Position numbers and translations under genes: made by a program. The notes under the pieces were generated by a model, which was not told where the DNA came from, made no database searches, and saw only the letters and a list, made by a program, of their open reading frames with translations. 64,000 nt of DNA, from contig OZ271854.1 of NCBI GenBank assembly GCA_965601925.1, positions 1,216,001 to 1,280,000 on the forward strand, read 5' to 3'. Origin of the DNA: Alkalispirochaeta sp. Lineage in GTDB: Bacteria > Spirochaetota > Spirochaetia > DSM-27196 > Alkalispirochaetaceae. Within the stretch, counting starts at the first letter, position 1. Every line of letters begins with the position of its first letter. Below, in pieces: positions 47,538-55,921 of the stretch.

Positions 47538-49079
47538 TTAGTTTCTGCGGTCGTACGCCGCTTGGTAGATCGCCGTCAACCGGGCCAACCCAAGCTCCTC
47601 AAGCTCCTCCACGAACTGGGGAAACTCGTCGACCGACCGGGCGCCGACCATCATCCTCGAGGTGTTCTCGAGAACGTAGGAGCGAATCTGGCTTTGGATG
47701 TCGGTAATCGTATCGCGATCCTCGGTGGTGAAATTGAGCACCGGAAACTCTTCCACGATGTAGTTGTCCATGTAGTCCTGACGCGCCTCGAAGGCGATCG
47801 CGTTGGCAAACTGCCGTTCGTAGTCGAGGTGCTGTCGCATACCGATCTTCCATTGCATACCGCTGGTGACCAACGCTTCATGCATACCCATACCGTCGGG
47901 GTTGTCGGTGATGAGCTCGGTATAGGTCGGCACACCGCCCTCGAGTTCGTGGTGCACGCCGGCGACGCCGAAGTTCATTAGCCGCGTTCCCTCGTCGCTG
48001 TAGATGAAGTCGAAGAAGCGAATCGCGGCAACCGGATCGGGGTTCGTCGCCGAGATCGCCCATGCGCCGTCGTTGCGCACCGTGCTCATCTGTATGCGCG
48101 TGTACGGCTCGTCCACGGTTCCGACCGGCGGAGCAAAGTGACGCAGCTCAAAACCGGGGATCTCGTCGCCCAACGTATCGTTCAAGTTGGCCGTGGAGGC
48201 GAACCAATCGTGAATCGCCCCGGCCTTATCGTCGCTGAAGAGCTCGGTACGGGGATTGCCGGTGCGTGTAAGCACCTCGCGATCGATCAACCCTTCGCCG
48301 TACAACCGCTGAATGTAGGCGAGATAGTCGCGATACTGCGGCTCAGAGGGTCCGAATATGACGCGGCCGTCACGTACTACCCAGTCCATATCGGCGTCGA
48401 AGGCGTAGGCCAACGCGCGAATGTTATAAAACGCGTCGTCACCGCGGCGACGAAAGATAAGCGGTATCTCGTCCTGCTCGCCGTTACCGTTGGGATCGCG
48501 GTCGCGGAAGGCTACCAACACGTCGTAGAGCTCTTCGGTCGTCGTGGGAGCGTCGAGCCCGAGGGTCTCCAACCAGTCGTAGCGGACGAACCAGCCCCGT
48601 GCCGCGTTAATGGCCGCCATCATCGGCACGTAGTAGATGTTCCCGTCTTGTGAGGTGATCGTTCGGCGAATCTCCGGGTCGTCGAGGAGAATTCGCTCGA
48701 GATTGGGAGCGTGCTCCTCAATGAGATCCTGCAGGGGGAGAAACGCGCCCTCTTCTCCGAATCGATTGATCGCCGCGTATCCGCCGCGCCCTTCGAAATA
48801 GGAGATGATATCCGGAAGATCACCGGAGGCCATAATCAAGCTGAACTGCTCGTCCTTGATCTCCGTAGAAACCATGTCCCACTGGAGATCGATACCGACC
48901 CGCTCTTCGACCTCGTTCCAGACTACGCTCGAATCGGGATCGATCGGTAACTCCGCCGCCAGCACCGACCATACGTCCATCTGAACGGGCCCGTCGGTAC
49001 TCGCCGCTTCACCCTGGCCTCCTGCAAATGCAAATCCGGCCAAAGCCGCCAACAGCACACATGCAACACATCGTTTCAT
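47538..49079 (-). CDS. Oligosaccharide ABC substrate-binding protein (LplA-like)
   Basis: Signal ...FAGGQGE; MASGDLPD, RYDWLETLGL, DPNGNGEQDEIP and YQAAYDR motifs. Confidence 0.92.
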   Translation of the reverse strand: MKRCVACVLLAALAGFAFAGGQGEAASTDGPVQMDVWSVLAAELPIDPDSSVVWNEVEERVGIDLQWDMVSTEIKDEQFSLIMASGDLPDIISYFEGRGGYAAINRFGEEGAFLPLQDLIEEHAPNLERILLDDPEIRRTITSQDGNIYYVPMMAAINAARGWFVRYDWLETLGLDAPTTTEELYDVLVAFRDRDPNGNGEQDEIPLIFRRRGDDAFYNIRALAYAFDADMDWVVRDGRVIFGPSEPQYRDYLAYIQRLYGEGLIDREVLTRTGNPRTELFSDDKAGAIHDWFASTANLNDTLGDEIPGFELRHFAPPVGTVDEPYTRIQMSTVRNDGAWAISATNPDPVAAIRFFDFIYSDEGTRLMNFGVAGVHHELEGGVPTYTELITDNPDGMGMHEALVTSGMQWKIGMRQHLDYERQFANAIAFEARQDYMDNYIVEEFPVLNFTTEDRDTITDIQSQIRSYVLENTSRMMVGARSVDEFPQFVEELEELGLARLTAIYQAAYDRRN

Positions 49080-49114
49080 GGTGTCCTCCTTACGATATGG
49101 TTCTCGATCGGGAT

Positions 49115-50023
49115 CTATCCCTTGACGGATCCCAACGTAATTCCCTTAACGAAATACTTTTGAATGAACGGGTAAATCACCGCGATCGGAAGCGTCGCGA
49201 CGACGATCGTGGCGAACTTGATCGCCTCGGCGTTCGTCGCCGACCGCCCCAAATTGGCGTCCATCTCCTCGCCCAGTCGCGCCAATACGATGAGTTGGCG
49301 CAGGATGACCTGGAGGGGAAACTTGTCCTGGTCGCGCAAAAAAACCATCGCCCAGAAGTACCCGTTCCAGCGGTTGATCAAGTAATAAAGTCCGATCGTC
49401 GCCAGAGCCGCTCCCGAAATGGGCAATACGATACGAAGGAGCACCGTCCACTCGCTGGCGCCGTCGATACGGGCCGCCTCAATCAGTTGATTGGGAATCG
49501 TCTCAAAGAAGGAACGCAACAAAATGACGAAAAAGGGAAACGCCGCGAAGACGACCAACAGCGACAAGCGCGTATTCAATAGATTGAGACTTCGAACGAT
49601 CAGATAGAGGGGAATCATCATGCCCGTCGCCGAGATGAACATCGTGAGGGAGACGAAGATGTTCATGAAACGCCGACCGCTGAACTCCGGCCGAGACATC
49701 GGATAGGCCGCGAGTATCGTAATCACGAGGTTGATCGCCGTGCCGAAGACTGCGTAATAGACCGTGTTGGCGTACCCGGTCCAGATACGCTCGTCGTCCA
49801 GAATCAATCGGTACGACTCGACGCTCAGGGGCGCGACCGGCCCCACGGTAACTTGATTCCGTTGAATGGCGACCGGATCGGAGAAGGAAGCGGACAACAC
49901 GTACCAAAAGGGATAGAGCGTGATCGCGCAGAAGAGCACCACAAAAGCGATCGCACATGAGCGCAGAATGATATCGGAGCCGGTCGACCGGCGGCGTGAA
50001 GATCTACCAAAGCGTCGCTGCAT
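49115..50023 (-). CDS. Carbohydrate ABC permease (LplC-like)
   Basis: IEAARIDGA EAA loop; YPFIQKYFVKGITLGSVKG C-terminus. Confidence 0.92.
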   Translation of the reverse strand: MQRRFGRSSRRRSTGSDIILRSCAIAFVVLFCAITLYPFWYVLSASFSDPVAIQRNQVTVGPVAPLSVESYRLILDDERIWTGYANTVYYAVFGTAINLVITILAAYPMSRPEFSGRRFMNIFVSLTMFISATGMMIPLYLIVRSLNLLNTRLSLLVVFAAFPFFVILLRSFFETIPNQLIEAARIDGASEWTVLLRIVLPISGAALATIGLYYLINRWNGYFWAMVFLRDQDKFPLQVILRQLIVLARLGEEMDANLGRSATNAEAIKFATIVVATLPIAVIYPFIQKYFVKGITLGSVKG

Positions 50024-50927
50024 CCCGAAACCTCTTTGCAATGCGGTTGGAACCGACCACCAAAACCAGCGCGACGATCGTCTCGAAGAGCCCCACGGCG
50101 GTGGCGTAGGAGTAGTCGGCGTTTACCAGACCGCGGCGATATACGAATGTGCTGATTACCTCCGACGTCTCGAGAATGACGTCGTTCTGGAGCAGTAGCA
50201 CCTCCTCGAAGGAGACGCTTACCAAGCGCCCCACGCGTACCAGAAACATGATAACGATCGTCGGCACGATACTCGGAAGGGTTATGTAAAACAGTTGCGT
50301 AATCTTGTTAGCTCCGTCGGCCTCCGCAGCCTCGTAGAGCGTCGGATCGATGGAGGTGAGGGCGGCGAGGTAGATAATCGCCTCGTACCCCGTCTCCTTG
50401 AAGATCCGAATAGCGGTGTAAATCCACCAAAAGTAGCGCGGCTCCTGCATGAAGTAAATCGGATCGCCGCCTACCATCGCCACGAGACGATTCACGATAC
50501 CGGTGGACGGACTGAGAAAGTTTATTGCGATCCCTGCGATCACGACGAACGAGACGAAGTGCGGAAGCAACGTAATGGTCTGCGCCGTCTTCTTGAGCGT
50601 CCGATTCTGCACCAGGTTGAGCATGAGCGCGAGAACAATCGGCATAGGAAATGCGATCAGAAGGTAGAGAAACCCGATCACCAGAGTGTTGCGGAGCACC
50701 CGCCACAGGAAGACGGAGCCGAAAAACTGCCGGAAGTACAACAACCCGACCCACTCGCTCTCCAATACTCCGCGAAAGGGACTGTAACGCTGAAAGGCAA
50801 TTACGATTCCCGATATCGGCGCATAGCGAAACAAAAGGAAGTAGAGAATCGCCGGTGCGGCCATCACCCATAGCGCGGTGTTGTATCGCTTTTTCGGTCG
50901 TAAACGTCGGTGCGCTATCGTATTCAA
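50004..50927 (-). CDS. Carbohydrate ABC permease (LplB-like)
   Basis: LPHFVS, IIYLAALTSIDPTLYEAA and YSYATAVGLF motifs. Confidence 0.92.
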   Translation of the reverse strand: MNTIAHRRLRPKKRYNTALWVMAAPAILYFLLFRYAPISGIVIAFQRYSPFRGVLESEWVGLLYFRQFFGSVFLWRVLRNTLVIGFLYLLIAFPMPIVLALMLNLVQNRTLKKTAQTITLLPHFVSFVVIAGIAINFLSPSTGIVNRLVAMVGGDPIYFMQEPRYFWWIYTAIRIFKETGYEAIIYLAALTSIDPTLYEAAEADGANKITQLFYITLPSIVPTIVIMFLVRVGRLVSVSFEEVLLLQNDVILETSEVISTFVYRRGLVNADYSYATAVGLFETIVALVLVVGSNRIAKRFRDAATLW

Positions 50928-50961
50928 TAGTATGTACCACTCAAAATAATTATTATGTGGC

Positions 50962-50979
50962 TTGTATTATACCATACAA
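50962..50979. promoter_or_regulatory. Putative GntR-family operator
   Basis: TTGTAT-N6-ATACAA inverted repeat overlapping a minus-strand TGGTATAAT extended -10 upstream of the lplB-like gene. Confidence 0.6.
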
Positions 50980-51045
50980 TGTTGCGGAGTCAATAAAAAA
51001 GAGTGTCGGACCGCTCGGGCGCCTATGAGCCGAGATGCGGAAGCG

Positions 51046-52143
51046 TTATCGCGGCGGGGCTACCGATTTGCGAAGAATGAGACGCGTTTCCGCGGGACGG
51101 GACAGCGATAGAGCTCCGACGCTCTCGCCGTGTTCCTCGACGATCCGCAACGCCCGGCGTACTACATCGGCGCGGTCTACCCGCACCGTCGTAAGCGGGG
51201 GGCTTGCGAGCCGGGCTGCGAGGATATCGTCGAAACCGGCGACCGACATGTCGCCGGGAACGGCAAGCCCGAGTTGGTGCACGCGGGAGTAAAAAGCGAG
51301 AGCCGAGATATCGTTGAACCCGATCGCACACGTGTACCCGGCCTCGATGAGATCGGTAACATCGTCTCCGGCGGGGCGCTCCGGGTCAAACGCAAACGGT
51401 TCGATTCGTACCGTCCGCGCCGGGCGCCAGCCCTCGGCTACACGCCGGACGGTCTCCAGCCGGCGGTGGTACACCGTCCCGCGCTCGAACTGCTCGGAGA
51501 GCACGAACAGAAGCCGATCGTGCCCCATAGACACGACGTAATTGATCAACTCCGCAAAGCCGTCCTGCCCGAAAATCAAGGAGTATACGTTGGCCCCGGC
51601 TCCCGCCGGCGCGGACCTGTTGATGAGCGCCACCGGAATATCGCGTTCCGCCAGCACATCGAAATAACATTGCGGAAGGTCGCCCTGTACCACGAACCCG
51701 TCGGAGCGTCCGACAATCGAGAGGAAGGCGTCCGAAGGCGAATCGGCGTGCTCGTCAAACACGACGAACTCGGTGCTCACCCCGCGCTCCTTCGCCTCCA
51801 ACATGTAGGTAAGATAGATGTCTTTGCAGTGGTAGGCGTTGACGCTGTCGAGTTCCTGCAACAGCTCGCTCCGCCTACGGTCGACAAGCATGGGAATGGT
51901 GCGTTGGGTGTCCGGCGCCTCGGGAATCGCGGCTACCGAACCGGAACCTTGGCGAGAGACGAGATATCCCAGACTACCGAGGTACGCCGTCGCTTTGTTG
52001 ACGGTCTGCGGATTGATTCCGTACAGCTCGGCAAGATCTCGAATCGGCGGAATCCGCTTGCCGACGACGTATTCTCCGGAGACGATCTTTCGCCTGATTC
52101 GCTCGGCGACCTCTTCGTACTTGTAGCGCGTCTCTCTCAACAT
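51046..52143 (-). CDS. GntR wHTH + LacI-type sensor domain regulator (AraR-like)
   Basis: GKRIPPIRDLAELYGIN...RQGSGS at the N-terminus; VPGDMSVAGFDD...PPLTTV at the C-terminus. Confidence 0.9.
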   Translation of the reverse strand: MLRETRYKYEEVAERIRRKIVSGEYVVGKRIPPIRDLAELYGINPQTVNKATAYLGSLGYLVSRQGSGSVAAIPEAPDTQRTIPMLVDRRRSELLQELDSVNAYHCKDIYLTYMLEAKERGVSTEFVVFDEHADSPSDAFLSIVGRSDGFVVQGDLPQCYFDVLAERDIPVALINRSAPAGAGANVYSLIFGQDGFAELINYVVSMGHDRLLFVLSEQFERGTVYHRRLETVRRVAEGWRPARTVRIEPFAFDPERPAGDDVTDLIEAGYTCAIGFNDISALAFYSRVHQLGLAVPGDMSVAGFDDILAARLASPPLTTVRVDRADVVRRALRIVEEHGESVGALSLSRPAETRLILRKSVAPPR

Positions 52144-52255
52144 GGCTTTATTATCGTACCATCCATATGACAAGATTCGCAACTAGACGGTTTTTTTATC
52201 ATATTGCATGGTTTATTTTTTTCATTGTATCATTTTTAAAAAGGAGTATCTCCCT

Positions 52256-53125
52256 ATGCACACGCTCTCGTTTCCCGATCGGAAGTCCTTTATGGTCTGC
52301 GTCGACTCCGACGGATGCGCCTTTGACACGATGGAACTCAAACACAAACGGGTATTCATTCCCCAAGCGATTCGTTCCCTTGCCCTCCAGGATATCGCCG
52401 AGGAGTATCGCTCGGTCGCCGAACGCGTTAATCTGTACTCTCGAAGCCGCGGGGCGAACCGTTTCGAGGCGATCGCGATATGCATGGATCACCTTCGCTC
52501 CACGCCGAATCTCGCGTATCGCATTCCCGACCCCGCTCCGCTGTGGGGGTTCACCAAAAGCGGCCGCCCTTTGTCTCACGACTCATTTCGCTCATACATC
52601 GACCAGACGCCGCTCGATAAGGACGACGAACGGCTCCTGCGCGCCGTGGCTGACTGGAGCGCCGAAAGCAATCGCAGGATTGCCGAGATCGTAGTGAACA
52701 ACTCACCCTTCCCCCTGGTCGCCGATAGTCTTGAGGCTGCACACCGGTTTGCGAATACCATGATCGTCTCGGCGACACCAACCTCGGCCTTGGAAAGCGA
52801 ATGGGGTGCGGCCGGGCTCCTGGAGCACATCGACACCGTGGGCGGCCAGGAGCACGGTCCCAAAAAAGAGCAACTGGCGCAGGCGATGGAGGCGGGATTT
52901 CGTCCGGAGAACACGATCATGCTCGGCGACGCTCCGGGAGATCACCAGGCCGCTGATGCAAACGGCGTCATGTTCTTCCCCATCGTACCGGGCGCCGAAG
53001 AAGCGTCGTGGCGGCGCTTTGCCGAGGAGGGTTTGGGCCGCTTTCGGGAAGGAACGTACGCGGGATCCTTTGAGGCGGAGTTGACGGCGACGTTCTACCG
53101 CGCCCTGGACGACCACGGTCGGTGA
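52256..53125 (+). CDS. HAD-superfamily hydrolase
   Basis: Motif I VDSDGC, motif II VSAT, motif III K, motif IV GDAPGD; SD AAGGAG. Confidence 0.9.
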   Translation: MHTLSFPDRKSFMVCVDSDGCAFDTMELKHKRVFIPQAIRSLALQDIAEEYRSVAERVNLYSRSRGANRFEAIAICMDHLRSTPNLAYRIPDPAPLWGFTKSGRPLSHDSFRSYIDQTPLDKDDERLLRAVADWSAESNRRIAEIVVNNSPFPLVADSLEAAHRFANTMIVSATPTSALESEWGAAGLLEHIDTVGGQEHGPKKEQLAQAMEAGFRPENTIMLGDAPGDHQAADANGVMFFPIVPGAEEASWRRFAEEGLGRFREGTYAGSFEAELTATFYRALDDHGR

Positions 53126-53141
53126 GACGACGGAGGCGCTC

Positions 53142-53657
53142 CTAATCGATCGTCGCTACGTAGGGCAGCCAGCGATACTTCTGATCGAAGTCGATACCGT
53201 ACCCAACGATAAACAGGTCGGGGACCTCGTGCCCCACGTACTTCACCGGTACCTCGGCCTGTCGTCGCGCCGGTTTGTCGATGAGGGTACAGATTTCGAG
53301 GCTTGCGGGGCCTTCCAGTATGAGGCGCTCGCGAATCTGGCTCAGTGTGAGGCCCGTGTCGATGATATCCTCGACGATCAAGACGTGGCGATCGTGGACC
53401 GACTCGTTCAACCCTTTGAGAATGACGAGCTCGCCGGTACTCTCGCGACCGACGTAGGAGGTGGCCGCCATGAAGTCAACCTCTACGGCCATATCGAGAC
53501 GCCGAATCAGATCGGCCATAAAGACGAACGACCCTTTAAGAAGACCGACCAAGAGCACGTCTTTTCCGTCGTAGTCGGTGCGGATTCGTGTCGCAAGCGA
53601 TGCGACCGTGTCCTGGAGATCGGTTTCGCTGAAGAGCGTTCTGAGTTCCGGCTTCAT
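53142..53657 (-). CDS. hpt: Hypoxanthine phosphoribosyltransferase
   Basis: LLKGSFVFMADL, PRPP loop VEDIIDTGLTL and FIVGYGID...RWLPY. Confidence 0.93.
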   Translation of the reverse strand: MKPELRTLFSETDLQDTVASLATRIRTDYDGKDVLLVGLLKGSFVFMADLIRRLDMAVEVDFMAATSYVGRESTGELVILKGLNESVHDRHVLIVEDIIDTGLTLSQIRERLILEGPASLEICTLIDKPARRQAEVPVKYVGHEVPDLFIVGYGIDFDQKYRWLPYVATID

Positions 53658-53808
53658 GGGGTGAGCATAGCGAAGGAACGCTCCCCAGGGAAGAGCGCGG
53701 CCGGCCCGCAGGGATAAAAGAGTATCTCAAACCAATCCGAAGAACACGCGGAGAACGCATAGCGCATTTTTGTACCATTCAATATTTCCATTTGTTTGAT
53801 ATAAAAAT

Positions 53809-53853
53809 TTGACAGCTCGCGAATGTCGGGCATACAATGACGGAAACTTTTCC
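53809..53853 (+). promoter_or_regulatory. sigma70 promoter with downstream LacI-like operator
   Basis: TTGACA (53809-14) - 18 bp - TACAAT (53833-38), AT-rich UP element, then GGAAACTTTTCC (53842-53) over the predicted +1. Confidence 0.6.
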
Positions 53854-53901
53854 ACACCACCATGCGGAAGAGACACTCTTTTTGACCAGAGGGGGAAGTG
53901 T

Positions 53902-55524
53902 ATGCAAAGGATCGGAAGGCAATCTCTATCGGGATTATGGGCCGCTTTGGTAATGCTCTCGCTTGTGGGTTGCGAAGCAGTTCTACAACCATCCGGCTCG
54001 TCGACCGCGGTCGAAAACGGCGTAGCGACGGTCGGGACGGCGTCGGTAAGCTCCTCATCCGCCCTTGTTACGGCGCTGGCAAACGCATCTCCGGGGGATG
54101 TGATCGAGCTTGCGCCGGGTACCTACACGACGACTCCCACTTCGGTGAACATCGACAACGGCATCGGCGGAACGGTGACCCGTTCGTGGTTTTTTCTCGG
54201 TTCCGCAAATGGAACCTCGTCCTCGCCCATCACGCTCCGGAGCGTCGACCCGGCGAATCCCGCAATCCTGGAAGGAGACGGATGGAACGCCGGCGGGTAC
54301 GCACTGTACATCACCGGCGACTACTGGATTGTCGAAGATATCGTCGTGCGAGGGGCGGCCAAAGGGGTCATGCTGGACAACTCGAACCACACACGCATCC
54401 AGGGGGTGGAAATATACGATATCGGCCAAGAGGGACTCCACGTTCGAGACGGATCCTCGGACGTTATTATCGACGGCATCAATCTTCACGACGTCGGCAA
54501 ACTGAACGACGGCTTCGGCGAGGGTGTGTACATCGGATCCGACAACTCCGTGTGGGCCGAGGGCGACGGCACCAACACCGGTGAGAAGGGCCTGCTCTAC
54601 AGCCGAGAGGTTCACAATACGATCATTCGCAACAGCACCATCGGTCCCAACATTACCGCCGAGCCGTTCGACATCAAAGAGGGAACCACCGGTACCGTCG
54701 TAGAAAACAACGTCATCTACGGCTCCGGCGTGTCGGGTAACAACTACGCCGACAGCCACATCGATATCAAGGGAAGTTGGGCGGTGGTGCGGTATAACAC
54801 GTTTTATCAAAGCGGTAACGCCAACATCGCCCGAGCCGTTATGATCGTTCCACGCCAAAGCGCGGGAGTCGATGCACAATACACGGCGCACGACAACTAC
54901 ATCCACGACAACACATTTCATCTGGAGAGCAGCGTCGAGCTTGTCGTCGCCAACAGTGGATCGGCCGACATCTACGCCTGGGACAACACCAAGGTTCCCA
55001 ACACGGGCAGCTTCTACAACAGCCGTGTGATCCAATCGATCCCTCCGGGATACGACCCCGGCACGAACCCCAACCCGAATCCCGATCCCGATCCGAATCC
55101 CGACCCGGGCACAGGGGAGCTCAAACTCCAGTATGACAACGCCGAAACGGACGCCTCGTCGAAGTCGATCAAACCCGACGTACTCATCGTCAACACCGGT
55201 AGCTCTACGGTAACCTCGTTCTCGATTCGCTACTACTTCACCGACGACGGTCTCTCACCGACGTTCTCAAAGCGCTACTACGAATCGGGGACCGTCTCCC
55301 ACACCTTCGGATTCGACGGACAAGATTACGTCCAACTCGACTGGTCGGGATCGCTCGCTCCGGGGGCCGACGTGAAGTTGAAGTTCACCATCGGCAACGC
55401 GGCGTATCAGTTCTACGATCAGACCGACGACCATAGCTTTGACGCCGGCATCACCTCGTTCACCGACTACGCGAACATCCCGGTGTATCTGGGCGGCGCG
55501 TTGGTTTGGGGGGTCGAACCGTAG
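53902..55524 (+). CDS. Lipoprotein: right-handed beta-helix (PL31-like polysaccharide lyase) + Pro/Asn/Asp linker + CBM3
   Basis: Lipobox LVGC; beta-helix with GEGVYIGS...IGPNITAEPFDIKEGT...ADSHIDIKG; (PN/PD)n linker; CBM3-like IKP...NTG...IRYYFT...YDQTDDHSF...LVWGVEP. Confidence 0.8.
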   Translation: MQRIGRQSLSGLWAALVMLSLVGCEAVLQPSGSSTAVENGVATVGTASVSSSSALVTALANASPGDVIELAPGTYTTTPTSVNIDNGIGGTVTRSWFFLGSANGTSSSPITLRSVDPANPAILEGDGWNAGGYALYITGDYWIVEDIVVRGAAKGVMLDNSNHTRIQGVEIYDIGQEGLHVRDGSSDVIIDGINLHDVGKLNDGFGEGVYIGSDNSVWAEGDGTNTGEKGLLYSREVHNTIIRNSTIGPNITAEPFDIKEGTTGTVVENNVIYGSGVSGNNYADSHIDIKGSWAVVRYNTFYQSGNANIARAVMIVPRQSAGVDAQYTAHDNYIHDNTFHLESSVELVVANSGSADIYAWDNTKVPNTGSFYNSRVIQSIPPGYDPGTNPNPNPDPDPNPDPGTGELKLQYDNAETDASSKSIKPDVLIVNTGSSTVTSFSIRYYFTDDGLSPTFSKRYYESGTVSHTFGFDGQDYVQLDWSGSLAPGADVKLKFTIGNAAYQFYDQTDDHSFDAGITSFTDYANIPVYLGGALVWGVEP

Positions 55525-55812
55525 AAGGCCGGGCGCGACGCCCCTGCACAACATTCAGCACGGGGCTGGCCGCCGGGTGGCGATCACCCAGCACGCGGAG
55601 CCGTGAAGTCGTGCTCGCCGCCGCCGCCCGGCCCCCCCGGCTCATTGTAGTTGGGGGTGCCGCTTCCTCCGGTGCGGCGATGAGAGACCGCACCCCATAG
55701 TGTGTTACGGCCACACACCCTTTTTCACGTTATTTGAAGCACTACCTCCGACCGAATCGTCGTTGCTCTCATGTCCGGAGCAACGGACCGCCAGACTCAT
55801 GCACATCCGATC

Positions 55813-55863
55813 TTGACAGGGAGTATATTTGATGTTAATTTAACTAACATCAAATATACTCCC
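55813..55863 (+). promoter_or_regulatory. sigma70 promoter embedded in a 45-bp inverted repeat
   Basis: TTGACA (55813-18) - 17 bp - TAATTT (55836-41); perfect 19-bp arms at 55819-55837 and 55845-55863. Confidence 0.7.
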
Positions 55864-55921
55864 GCCGCCGATTATTGATATCGACGAACTTCTCTTGAGC
55901 GTCACAAAAGGAGATATCGAA

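Noticed and set aside
55068..55107. Hexamer microsatellite as a phase-variation tract
   Set aside because: It is an in-frame, codon-degenerate Pro-Asn/Asp linker.
55525..55730. GC-rich hairpins after the beta-helix gene as an ncRNA
   Set aside because: Only short stems (55671-94, 55700-18) and a weak U-tract; at most a terminator, with no recognisable RNA family.
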